A stretch of 64,000 nucleotides of DNA from Planctomycetota bacterium (GTDB taxonomy: Bacteria > Planctomycetota > JAJSAM01 > JAJVHW01), in assembly GCA_965248445.1 (NCBI GenBank), contig CBDFJG010000003.1, positions 32,001 to 96,000 on the forward strand. The letters run 5' to 3'. Below are positions 1-8,587 of this stretch, in pieces; within the stretch, counting starts at the first letter, position 1; each line of letters starts with the position of its first letter. The notes beneath the pieces were generated by a model. The model searched no databases. It was given only the letters and a program-made list of their open reading frames with translations, and was not told the DNA's origin. The position numbers and the translations under genes are program-made.

Positions 1-844
1 CCTCATCGAGCGCGTCTTCGACGTGTCGCTCAAGGCGCTCATTGCGCGCCATGCCCAGCAGGTAGAAGTGGCCGGCGGCCTCGCACCAGGCCATCAGCTC
101 CTCGCGGCAAAAGCCCGAGTCTGCGCGCACGAGCACCTTGGCCCGGGGCCAGCGGCGCCGCAGACGTAAGACCAGCGCACGGAGCTCGTCCACGACTCCG
201 CGCGCGGGATCTCTGTCAGCGGTCTGGAGCCGAGCGAGCAAGAGGTGCTCGCCGCAGAAGACGTACAGCGGCAGGTAGCAGTAGTGCCCGTAGTAGCCGT
301 GGAAGAAGCGGCCCTCCTGCCGGCCGTGCAGCCGCACGTCGGAGTGGTCCAGGTCCAGCACGAGCAGGCCCGGATCCTCCGGCCCCATGGCCTCGCAGAA
401 GACGTCGCTGAGCACGCTGTCCACGCGCTCCTGGTCCATCTCGATCTTGGCGTAGCGCGTCTGTGCCGTGGCGCCGAGCTGCGTGGTCTCGAGCCGCGAG
501 AGCGTCGGGTGCGTGGCCAGAGCACCCTCGCGCTTGCCGCACGCCGCGGCAAACAGCGGGTCCTTGCCGACATGGTCGTGGTCCACCAGATCCTCGTAGC
601 CCGCGCACAGCCCGAAGACCCGCTGACGCAGCATCTGGCCGACCGTGTGCTCGACCCGACGCGGGTCCCGGTGGTCCCCGAAGCAGCGCGCAAACCGCGA
701 GAGCAGATCGATGCGACGATCGACCCGCTCGAGCAGCAGCACGCCCCCGTCGCTCGTCACGGTACCGGCGTCGAAGCGCGTCACCGCGGTGCGTCCACAG
801 ATGCCCGCGAAGAGGGTCCCCTGCGGGCTACAGTCTGTCGTCAT
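1..844 (-). CDS. IS1380-family DDE transposase, 5' part only
   Basis: ATG at 844; same sequence as the start of 5152..6534. Confidence 0.92.
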   Translation of the reverse strand, partial: MTTDCSPQGTLFAGICGRTAVTRFDAGTVTSDGGVLLLERVDRRIDLLSRFARCFGDHRDPRRVEHTVGQMLRQRVFGLCAGYEDLVDHDHVGKDPLFAAACGKREGALATHPTLSRLETTQLGATAQTRYAKIEMDQERVDSVLSDVFCEAMGPEDPGLLVLDLDHSDVRLHGRQEGRFFHGYYGHYCYLPLYVFCGEHLLLARLQTADRDPARGVVDELRALVLRLRRRWPRAKVLVRADSGFCREELMAWCEAAGHFYLLGMARNERLERHVEDALDE

Positions 845-938
845 CGGGCCGGCGCTCCTGTCGGTGCAAGTACTAGCGAGTACGAGCACTTAGACAGACG
901 ACGGCCCGCTCAGATTCCCGGCTGGTGAACGATTCGGG
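1..938 (-). mobile_element. IS1380-family element (type B), partial, cut by window edge
   Basis: Reverse complement of 5058-5995; left IR CCCGAATCGTTCAC ends at 938 and abuts CTAG 939-942. Confidence 0.93.
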
Positions 939-941
939 CTA

Positions 942-957
942 GCACAAGATGTAGTGG
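942..957. promoter_or_regulatory. Putative NrdR box
   Basis: GCACAAGATGTAGTGG matches NrdR consensus acaCwAtATaTwGtgt at 12/16, including the conserved positions; no nrd gene adjacent. Confidence 0.5.
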
Positions 958-984
958 GCGCGGTCATTAACCGGATATGCATGC

Positions 985-1506
985 CTGAAGGCGGGCAACC
1001 AGGACGCCGCCTCGCGCTACGCGCTGCGCTTCCAGGAGGTTGCGGTGGACCTGGCCGAGACCAAGAAGCAGATGGTGGACGGCGAGCGCACCTACAAGGA
1101 CCTGACGCTCGCCCGTGACCAGGCCGTCAAGTCTGCGCGCGAGAAGATCCAGTCGCTGAAGACCTCGATCGACGACATGAAGATCAAGAAGGCGACCGCG
1201 GAGCTGAACGAGATGGCCGCCGGCATGATCGGCTCCCTCGGCGGGGCGGGCGACACCCTCAACCGCCTCGAGGAGATGGTCGAGGAAGAGCGGTCACAAG
1301 CCGCCGGCCGGGCCCGCGTGGCGCGCGATGCGCTCGACATCACGGACGTCAAGATGCGCGAGGTCGAGGACGACGCGTTGGCGCGCCAGGCGCTGGCGGA
1401 CTTCGCGGCGGCCGAGGGACTCTCGCTCACGGGCGACGCGCCGGCCGAGGCCGAGGCTGACGGCGGACGTCAGATGGGCGCCGGTCCGGTTGCGGAAACC
1501 GAATAG
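985..1506 (+). pseudogene. PspA/IM30-family coiled-coil protein, 5'-truncated
   Basis: LKAGNQDAASRYALRFQEV...TLNRLEEMVEEE...ARARVA resembles the PspA/IM30 C-terminal half; in-frame TAG at 952-954, N-terminus missing. Confidence 0.7.
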
Positions 1507-1517
1507 CGGGGCGGACC

Positions 1518-3173
1518 GTGAGTAGCGAGCAGAGCCTGCCCGCCTGGGCGGATGAACTGCGGGGACTGTACGAGAGCGGCGCCGCAGCGCAGTTCGTCCT
1601 GTACGGCAACGTGCACGATCGGCTGGTCGTCCCGGGTGACGACGGACCGGAGTTCGGGACGCTGCAGGAGTTCCTGCTCGCGACACTGCTCCCGCGCTTC
1701 GACGTCGTGCTCTCGTACGACGTCGGCAACGGCATCCGCGTCGAGCGGGGCCAGGCCGTGTACGACCGTTGGCCGACCGGCAAGGCGCAGCCGCTACCCA
1801 AGACGCCGCGCGGCGCAGTCGAGGTCCTGACGCACTTCCTGCGGTACTGCGCCAACCTGCGCGTGCTGGGGGACCGCGACCTGCACGTCGCGCTGATTCT
1901 CCGCGAGGCGCAGTTCATCACGCCTCGGGTGCAGGGCGCCGCCGCGAACGACCTCGCCGCGACCGCGCTCTTGGTGCGCGACTGGTCCGCGGACTCCACT
2001 CTCGAGGACCATCCGATCGCCACGTTCCTCGTCGCCGAAAACCTGAACGACCTGCACCCGGTCGTTGCCACCAACCCGCGCGCGGCGCAGGTCGAGGTGC
2101 CGTTGCCCGACGGCGCGGAGCTCGCGCGCGCTTTCGCACTGTGGGCCGACGAGTACCCCAAGGCGCTCGCGGGACACGAGGACCACGACACACTCGCCGG
2201 CCGCCTGGTGGGCGCGAGTGCGTCTGCGGTCGAGGGCCTGCTGCGCCGTCTCGAGCACCGCGGGGAGACGCTCGATGACGACGACCTCGTCGAGATGAAG
2301 CGCACTCTCATCGAACGGGAGGCGGGTGGCCTCATCTCGTTCGTCGAGAGCGACCGGACGCTCGACGACTTCGTCGGCGCCGACGGCGTGCGCGCGTGGC
2401 TGCGGCAGGACGTCGAACTCTGGCGTCAGGGCGACACCGAGGCGATCCCGATGGGCTACCTGCTCTGCGGTCCCGTCGGCACCGGCAAGACGTACCTCGT
2501 GAAGTGCCTGGCGGGGGAGGCGGGTGTCCCCGTCGTCCGCATCCGCAACTTCCGCGACAAGTGGATCGGCAGCACGGAGGGCAACCTCGAACGCATCTTC
2601 CGTCTTCTGCACGCGCTCGGCCGCTGCTTCGTGTTCATCGACGAAGCCGACCAGACGCTCGGTCAGCGCGGCGCGTCATCCGGCGACAGCGGCCTCTCCG
2701 GCCGCATCTACTCGATGGTCGCGCAGGAGATGAGCCGTCCCGAGAACCGCGGCCGCATCGTGTGGGTGCTCGCGTCCTCGCGCCCCGATCTGATCGAAGT
2801 CGATCTCAAGCGTCCCGGCCGCATCGACACGCGCATCCCGCTCTTCCCGTCCACCGAGCCCGAATCCTCCGGCCTGCTCCTGCGCGCACTCTGCAAGCGC
2901 CGCGGTCTCGTCCTCTCCGACGAGGACCTCGCGGCAGTACAAGACCGCCTCCCCGACCTGCTGACCCCTGGCGCCGCCGAAGCCCTCGCCGTCAAGGCGT
3001 ACCGCGCCACGCGCACCAAGGGCCTCACCGCGCGCGAGGCGATCGAGGACTGCCTCGACGGCTACCAGAGCCCCGTCGACACCGCCGTCCTCGCCCACCA
3101 GATCCGGCTTGCACTGGCCGAAGCCAGCGACCTCGACCTGGTACCCGACACGATCCGCAAGCGCTTCGCGTAG
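1518..3173 (+). CDS. AAA+ ATPase (degenerate N-terminal domain plus active C-terminal AAA domain)
   Basis: Walker A GPVGTGKT, pore loop KWIG, Walker B FVFIDEAD, SRH ASSRPD..DLKRPGRID. Confidence 0.92.
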   Translation: MSSEQSLPAWADELRGLYESGAAAQFVLYGNVHDRLVVPGDDGPEFGTLQEFLLATLLPRFDVVLSYDVGNGIRVERGQAVYDRWPTGKAQPLPKTPRGAVEVLTHFLRYCANLRVLGDRDLHVALILREAQFITPRVQGAAANDLAATALLVRDWSADSTLEDHPIATFLVAENLNDLHPVVATNPRAAQVEVPLPDGAELARAFALWADEYPKALAGHEDHDTLAGRLVGASASAVEGLLRRLEHRGETLDDDDLVEMKRTLIEREAGGLISFVESDRTLDDFVGADGVRAWLRQDVELWRQGDTEAIPMGYLLCGPVGTGKTYLVKCLAGEAGVPVVRIRNFRDKWIGSTEGNLERIFRLLHALGRCFVFIDEADQTLGQRGASSGDSGLSGRIYSMVAQEMSRPENRGRIVWVLASSRPDLIEVDLKRPGRIDTRIPLFPSTEPESSGLLLRALCKRRGLVLSDEDLAAVQDRLPDLLTPGAAEALAVKAYRATRTKGLTAREAIEDCLDGYQSPVDTAVLAHQIRLALAEASDLDLVPDTIRKRFA

Positions 3174-3177
3174 CGCC

Positions 3178-3312
3178 GCCACGCGCAAGGCCCTCGCGGT
3201 CGGGTGCTCGACGGAGGAGATCGAGCAGGTGGTCGCGCTCTCGGCGAGCACCCCCGGCATGCCCCGCTGCGTGGCCGCCTGGACCTGGGCGAACGACGTC
3301 CTGAACGCCTAG
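3178..3312 (+). pseudogene. 3' remnant of a carboxymuconolactone decarboxylase/AhpD-like gene
   Basis: ATRKALAVGCSTEEIEQVVALSASTPGMPRCVAAWTWANDVL* resembles the CMD-family C-terminus; no start of its own. Confidence 0.6.
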
Positions 3313-3357
3313 CGGGGGACCGCGCCCCGGCGCGGACGCTGCTTCCGTGAGTGCTAG

Positions 3358-5053
3358 CCTGCATAATTCATCACGCCACGCCCGGAACGTAGATTCGGGC
3401 GCACCGCGCATTGCATAAACTGTTGTTAGAGCAATAGTTACACAGATGCGAGAGGTACGCCCGAGTGACGAATTCTACCCCACACACTGTCCGGTTTCCC
3501 GATCTCTTCGGGAAGGTCACCACGGCCGTGTTCGACGGCGAAGCGCACACGTCCGAGGGAGGCGCGGGACTGCTGCGCGCGGTGGACCGTCGAATGGGAG
3601 TGACCGCAGGTCTGGCTGCGCTGTTGGTGGATCGTCGTGACCCGACGCGGGTGCAGCACTCGTTGGAGGAGCTCTTTCGGCAGCGCGTCTTCTCGATCGG
3701 CCTGGGCTACAGCGACCAGAACGACGCGGCTCGCGTGGGCACCGACCCGATGCTCAAGGGGGTCACGGGCCGCGCGCCGATCAAGGGCGCCGACCTGGCG
3801 TCTCAGGCGACGCTGTCGCGCTTCGAGAACGCGGTCACGGCGCACGAGCTCGTGGCCTTGTCGCGCAAGCTCGAGGAGGACGTGATCGAGCGTCTTTGCG
3901 CTCGCCACCGGGGGGCCCGGCGCATCACGATCGACATGGACCCGAGCTGTGACCCGACCCACGGTGCACAGCAGGGAGCGCTCTTCAACGGCTTCTACGA
4001 CACGTGGTGCTACCTGCCGGTTTTCGGCTTCCTCACGGTCGACGGCGATCCGGAGCAGTACCTTTTCTGTGCGCGGCTGCGGCCGGGCAACGCGAAGGAG
4101 GGCCGCACGTCGCTGCGGACGATCCGCCGGATGGTGAAGCGACTTCGGCGTGCGTTTCCGCGCACGCAGATCCTCGTGCGCCTGGACAGCGGCTTCGCCG
4201 GCTCGCGGCTCTTCGACGCGCTGGACGAACTCGGCGTGAAGTACGTGGTCGGGATGCCCAAGAACAAGCGGCTCCTGGATCTGTGCGACGCCGAGATGAC
4301 AGCGGCTGCGGTGCTGGCGGCGATGGAAGACAAGACGGCGCAGATCTACGGCGACTGCGAGTACCGGGCGAAGAGCTGGAGCAGGTCCCGCCGCGTGGTC
4401 TTCAAGGCGCAAGTGCTGGTCGCCACCGGGAAGGTGAACAAGGACAACGCGCGCTTCGTGGTCACCAACGTCTCGCGCAGCTACAAGCCCGAGACGACCT
4501 ACTGCAAGACCTACTGCGGTCGCGGCGACGCCGAGAACCGCATCAAGGAACTCAAGGGTGGCCTGGCGGTGGATCGCACGAGCAACTCGAGCTTCCTGGC
4601 GAACCAGTTCCGCGTGCTGATGACCGCGGCGGCCTACGTACTCTTCCAGGAGTTACGCTACCAGTTGCGCGGCACCACGGCCGCAGTCTGGCAGGTGCAC
4701 ACGATCCGCGAACGGCTGCTCAAGATCGGCGCCCGCGTCGTGGAATCGGTGCGCCGCGTCGTCGTGCATCTCGCGGCGGCCTGCCCATGGCGCGAGCTGT
4801 GGTGCCGCGTCGCGCGAAGGCTCGGCGCTGCGCCGGTCTGAGCGCAGCCGATGGCCAGAAGAACGACACGCTTCCGGCTACCGGTCCGTCCAGACCTCGT
4901 CCGCGCGGCGGCAAATGGACTTGAACGCCCCCTCGGAACGAAGATCCCGCCGTCCGAGACCCCGCCGACCTCGGTGAACGCCGCAAGTCGAGCGCCCGGG
5001 CGCTCGGACCGGCCGAGGGACGCCATCGCGAGCGTCGTCATGAATAGTGCGGG
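3358..5053 (+). mobile_element. IS1380-family element (type A), complete
   Basis: Imperfect IRs CCTGCATAATTCAT / CCCGCACTATTCAT (rc); flanked by CTAG at 3354-3357 and 5054-5057. Confidence 0.93.
3465..4841 (+). CDS. IS1380-family transposase (DDE_Tnp_1_4-like)
   Basis: FDGEAHTSEGG, ASQATLSRFEN, IDMDPS..THGAQQG, RLDSGF, YCGRGDAENRIKELK. Confidence 0.95.
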   Translation: MTNSTPHTVRFPDLFGKVTTAVFDGEAHTSEGGAGLLRAVDRRMGVTAGLAALLVDRRDPTRVQHSLEELFRQRVFSIGLGYSDQNDAARVGTDPMLKGVTGRAPIKGADLASQATLSRFENAVTAHELVALSRKLEEDVIERLCARHRGARRITIDMDPSCDPTHGAQQGALFNGFYDTWCYLPVFGFLTVDGDPEQYLFCARLRPGNAKEGRTSLRTIRRMVKRLRRAFPRTQILVRLDSGFAGSRLFDALDELGVKYVVGMPKNKRLLDLCDAEMTAAAVLAAMEDKTAQIYGDCEYRAKSWSRSRRVVFKAQVLVATGKVNKDNARFVVTNVSRSYKPETTYCKTYCGRGDAENRIKELKGGLAVDRTSNSSFLANQFRVLMTAAAYVLFQELRYQLRGTTAAVWQVHTIRERLLKIGARVVESVRRVVVHLAAACPWRELWCRVARRLGAAPV

Positions 5054-5057
5054 CTAG

Positions 5058-6726
5058 CCCGAATCGTTCACCAGCCGGGAATCTGAGCGGGCCGTCGTCT
5101 GTCTAAGTGCTCGTACTCGCTAGTACTTGCACCGACAGGAGCGCCGGCCCGATGACGACAGACTGTAGCCCGCAGGGGACCCTCTTCGCGGGCATCTGTG
5201 GACGCACCGCGGTGACGCGCTTCGACGCCGGTACCGTGACGAGCGACGGGGGCGTGCTGCTGCTCGAGCGGGTCGATCGTCGCATCGATCTGCTCTCGCG
5301 GTTTGCGCGCTGCTTCGGGGACCACCGGGACCCGCGTCGGGTCGAGCACACGGTCGGCCAGATGCTGCGTCAGCGGGTCTTCGGGCTGTGCGCGGGCTAC
5401 GAGGATCTGGTGGACCACGACCATGTCGGCAAGGACCCGCTGTTTGCCGCGGCGTGCGGCAAGCGCGAGGGTGCTCTGGCCACGCACCCGACGCTCTCGC
5501 GGCTCGAGACCACGCAGCTCGGCGCCACGGCACAGACGCGCTACGCCAAGATCGAGATGGACCAGGAGCGCGTGGACAGCGTGCTCAGCGACGTCTTCTG
5601 CGAGGCCATGGGGCCGGAGGATCCGGGCCTGCTCGTGCTGGACCTGGACCACTCCGACGTGCGGCTGCACGGCCGGCAGGAGGGCCGCTTCTTCCACGGC
5701 TACTACGGGCACTACTGCTACCTGCCGCTGTACGTCTTCTGCGGCGAGCACCTCTTGCTCGCTCGGCTCCAGACCGCTGACAGAGATCCCGCGCGCGGAG
5801 TCGTGGACGAGCTCCGTGCGCTGGTCTTACGTCTGCGGCGCCGCTGGCCCCGGGCCAAGGTGCTCGTGCGCGCAGACTCGGGCTTTTGCCGCGAGGAGCT
5901 GATGGCCTGGTGCGAGGCCGCCGGCCACTTCTACCTGCTGGGCATGGCGCGCAATGAGCGCCTTGAGCGACACGTCGAAGACGCGCTCGATGAGGCCGCA
6001 GCCCGTGCCGTGCAGACCGGCCGAGCAGCCCGGGTCTTTCGCGACTTTGCCTGGACCACGCTGGGGAGCTGGAGCCAGAGGCGTCGCGTGGTCGCCAAGG
6101 CCGAGCACCTGCCGGGCGGCAAGCGCAATCCCCGCTTCGTGGTGACCAATCTGCCGCCTCGTAGCTGGAGCAGCAAGCGTCTCTACGAGCAGCTCTACTG
6201 CGCCCGGGGCGAGGCGGAGAATCGCATCAAGGAGCAGCAGCTCGAGCTCTTCGGCACCCGTCTGTCGGTGCACACGATGCAGGGCAACGCCGTGCGGATG
6301 GCCATGTCGGCCATGGCCTACGTCCTGACCTGTGCGCTGCGACGCATCGGTCTCGCCGGCACCGAGATGGCGCGTGCGCAAGCCGGCACGATCCGCCTGC
6401 GGCTGCTCAAGATCGGCGCGCTCGTGCGGATCACGACGCGCCGGATCTGGGTCTCGATGTCCTCGTCGTGGCCCTGGCAGCACGTCTTCGAGCGCTGCGC
6501 GCAACGACTGCTGGCATCCCCGAAGCCGACCTGACGTCCCGCCGCGCCGTCCGCCACACCACCGCCCGGCCTACGGTCTGCCCACACCGCAGAATCCGCG
6601 CCGTTTCGGCCGCTCACTCGCGTTGCCCTTGTGGCAACGACGACAGCATCCGCCCTCGCCTGGCCAAGATCTGACCCTGTGGACTCCGAAAGCACCGTCA
6701 TCGCGACGTCTCGTGAACAGATGCGG
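5058..6726 (+). mobile_element. IS1380-family element (type B), complete
   Basis: IRs CCCGAATCGTTCAC / CCGCATCTGTTCAC (rc); CTAG at 5054-5057 and 6727-6730; second copy at 1-938. Confidence 0.93.
5152..6534 (+). CDS. IS1380-family transposase
   Basis: TSDGGVLLL, LDLD...LHGRQEGRFFHGYY, RADSGF, YCARGEAENRIKEQQ; AGGAG upstream of ATG 5152. Confidence 0.95.
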   Translation: MTTDCSPQGTLFAGICGRTAVTRFDAGTVTSDGGVLLLERVDRRIDLLSRFARCFGDHRDPRRVEHTVGQMLRQRVFGLCAGYEDLVDHDHVGKDPLFAAACGKREGALATHPTLSRLETTQLGATAQTRYAKIEMDQERVDSVLSDVFCEAMGPEDPGLLVLDLDHSDVRLHGRQEGRFFHGYYGHYCYLPLYVFCGEHLLLARLQTADRDPARGVVDELRALVLRLRRRWPRAKVLVRADSGFCREELMAWCEAAGHFYLLGMARNERLERHVEDALDEAAARAVQTGRAARVFRDFAWTTLGSWSQRRRVVAKAEHLPGGKRNPRFVVTNLPPRSWSSKRLYEQLYCARGEAENRIKEQQLELFGTRLSVHTMQGNAVRMAMSAMAYVLTCALRRIGLAGTEMARAQAGTIRLRLLKIGALVRITTRRIWVSMSSSWPWQHVFERCAQRLLASPKPT

Positions 6727-6834
6727 CTAGAGACGGCGATCAGCTACGCCACGAAGCTGGTGCAACTCGCGCCCGGCGAGCGCGGTCCGCGCCGGCTCCT
6801 CGAGTCGCTGCAAGACAGGCCCGAGGGTGAATAG
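6727..6834 (+). pseudogene. 3' remnant of a TPR-like protein gene cut by the IS
   Basis: LETAISYATKLVQLAPGERGPRRLLESL* resembles a terminal TPR helix pair; begins at the IS junction. Confidence 0.4.
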
Positions 6835-6888
6835 AGGTCACTTCGTGGCGGGAGCCGGGCCACTCGCCGTGTAGGCGCAATCCGCGCC

Positions 6889-8394
6889 CTACTTGCACGC
6901 TGGAGGGCGTTGGAGGCGCTTCGAGAGCTTGCGGATCTTCCGCTTCCGCAACTTTCCCTTGAGCGGGCGGTCGTCGCCGGTTTCGGTGCGCCAGCGCGCG
7001 AGTCGGTCACTCAACTGGTCACGGAGTGCGACATTGGCCTCGACCTCCAGCAAGTTCGTCAGCTCGTAGGGGTCGGCGTCGTGGTCGTAGAGCAGCCAAC
7101 CGCCGCGCCTCGTCTGGAAGTACGCGTGCTGCTTCGTGACCACGCCGCGCCATTCGGCGCCGAGCCCGTTGCGGCCCTTCCCGCTGTTCATCACGAACAC
7201 CGAGTCGGGCTCCTCGCCTCCCTCACCCCGCAGAAGGGGTGACAGGTCCACACCGTCCATGTCCGCTGGTCCTTCCACTCCGCACAGGCCGAGCACCGTC
7301 GGTGTGACATCGACCGTGGAGACCGGCACATCGAGCGGCGTTCCTCCCGGGACATCGCGTCCGAAACGTAGCAGCAACGGGACTTCCAGCGACTCGCGCC
7401 AGGGCTTCTGCTTCAGTTCGTGTCCGTGCGATCCGAGCATGTCCCCGTGGTCGGAGGTGAAGACCACGATCGTGTCCTCCGCCAGCCCCGCCGCGTCGAG
7501 CGCGTCGAGAAGGCGGCCCATCTGGTGGTCCAGACTGCTGACGAGCCCGTAGTACCGCGCAGTCGCCTTCCGCGTCCATCCGCGCAGCCGGTTCGGGACG
7601 TTGGGTCGCGGTTCGATCTGGCCCGGCGTGTACGTGTCCCACTCGGCGGGAGGGACGTAGGGGTCGTGGGGTGGTCCCCAGGCCATCACGAGGCAGAACG
7701 GCTGCTCGCGGTTGCGCTGGATGAAGTCGATCGCGAGGTCGGTCTCGACCTCCGGCGCATAGCGCTCCACTTCGATCGTCTCGGGCGTGTCCATGAAGTA
7801 CCGCGCGCGGCAGTACACGTGCCCCGTCTCCTTGGCGGCCCAGAAGTCGAAGCCCTGGCGAGAGTCGCCCAGCGGCACGAAGCCTCTGGCTTCGGGGCTG
7901 TTCTTACGGCCGCGGAACGACCGGGTCCCGCCATTGAGATGCCACTTGCCGATGAAACCGGTTGCGTATCCCTCGTCTCCGAGCACCTCGGCGATCGTGC
8001 GTGCCTCCGTAGGAAGCAGGTCGCCGTTGCGCTCGACCGTGGTGTTGTGAGGGAAGCGGCCGGTCAGCAGCGCCGCGCGGGAGGGCGTGCAGACGGGCTG
8101 CGTGCAGACCGAGCGGGTGAAGCGCACGCCCTCGTTGGCGAGTTCGTCGAGCCGCGGCGTGTGGACGACCGGATTGCCGGCGGAGCCGAGTGCCTGGGCG
8201 CGTAGCTGATCCGCGAAGACGATCACGACGTTCGGCCGGCACGTGACCGCCGCCTGCACGGGCGGAAACGGGCTGTCGAGGGCAGGCGCAACCAGCGCCG
8301 CCGCGCAGACGGCCATCCAGAACGCGGGGAGGAATCGCCGCCGCGCGGGCTTCGCCTCACGGGCCGCCTCTGTGTTTTCGAACTGTCCGGGCAA
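6889..8394 (-). CDS. Cys-type (formylglycine) sulfatase, probably exported; start uncertain (8316-8544)
   Basis: PNVVIVFADQ, CTPSRAALLTGR, GKWHL, FTSDHG; RRRFL plus hydrophobic stretch suggests a Tat-like signal. Confidence 0.92.
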   Translation of the reverse strand: MPGQFENTEAAREAKPARRRFLPAFWMAVCAAALVAPALDSPFPPVQAAVTCRPNVVIVFADQLRAQALGSAGNPVVHTPRLDELANEGVRFTRSVCTQPVCTPSRAALLTGRFPHNTTVERNGDLLPTEARTIAEVLGDEGYATGFIGKWHLNGGTRSFRGRKNSPEARGFVPLGDSRQGFDFWAAKETGHVYCRARYFMDTPETIEVERYAPEVETDLAIDFIQRNREQPFCLVMAWGPPHDPYVPPAEWDTYTPGQIEPRPNVPNRLRGWTRKATARYYGLVSSLDHQMGRLLDALDAAGLAEDTIVVFTSDHGDMLGSHGHELKQKPWRESLEVPLLLRFGRDVPGGTPLDVPVSTVDVTPTVLGLCGVEGPADMDGVDLSPLLRGEGGEEPDSVFVMNSGKGRNGLGAEWRGVVTKQHAYFQTRRGGWLLYDHDADPYELTNLLEVEANVALRDQLSDRLARWRTETGDDRPLKGKLRKRKIRKLSKRLQRPPACK

Positions 8395-8587
8395 GGTCGG
8401 GCCTCTTGATCTTCGGGGCGGGACGCGAACTCCGCCGAACTCCGGTGGCGGCGCCGTCAGTTGGTCCGCACCGCTCCCTCTGTCTACTCTCGGGATGCTA
8501 CCCAATCGTGTTACAGCCCCTGGTGAAGAGCGCCGAGAACGCAACGGGGCCAGTTCGGTTCACGGCCGGCGAGGGCTCGATCGCTCG

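Noticed and set aside
3178..3312. CMD/AhpD fragment as a selenoprotein or a frameshift extension of the AAA ATPase
   Set aside because: No in-frame UGA or slippery site; only the last ~45 codons remain.
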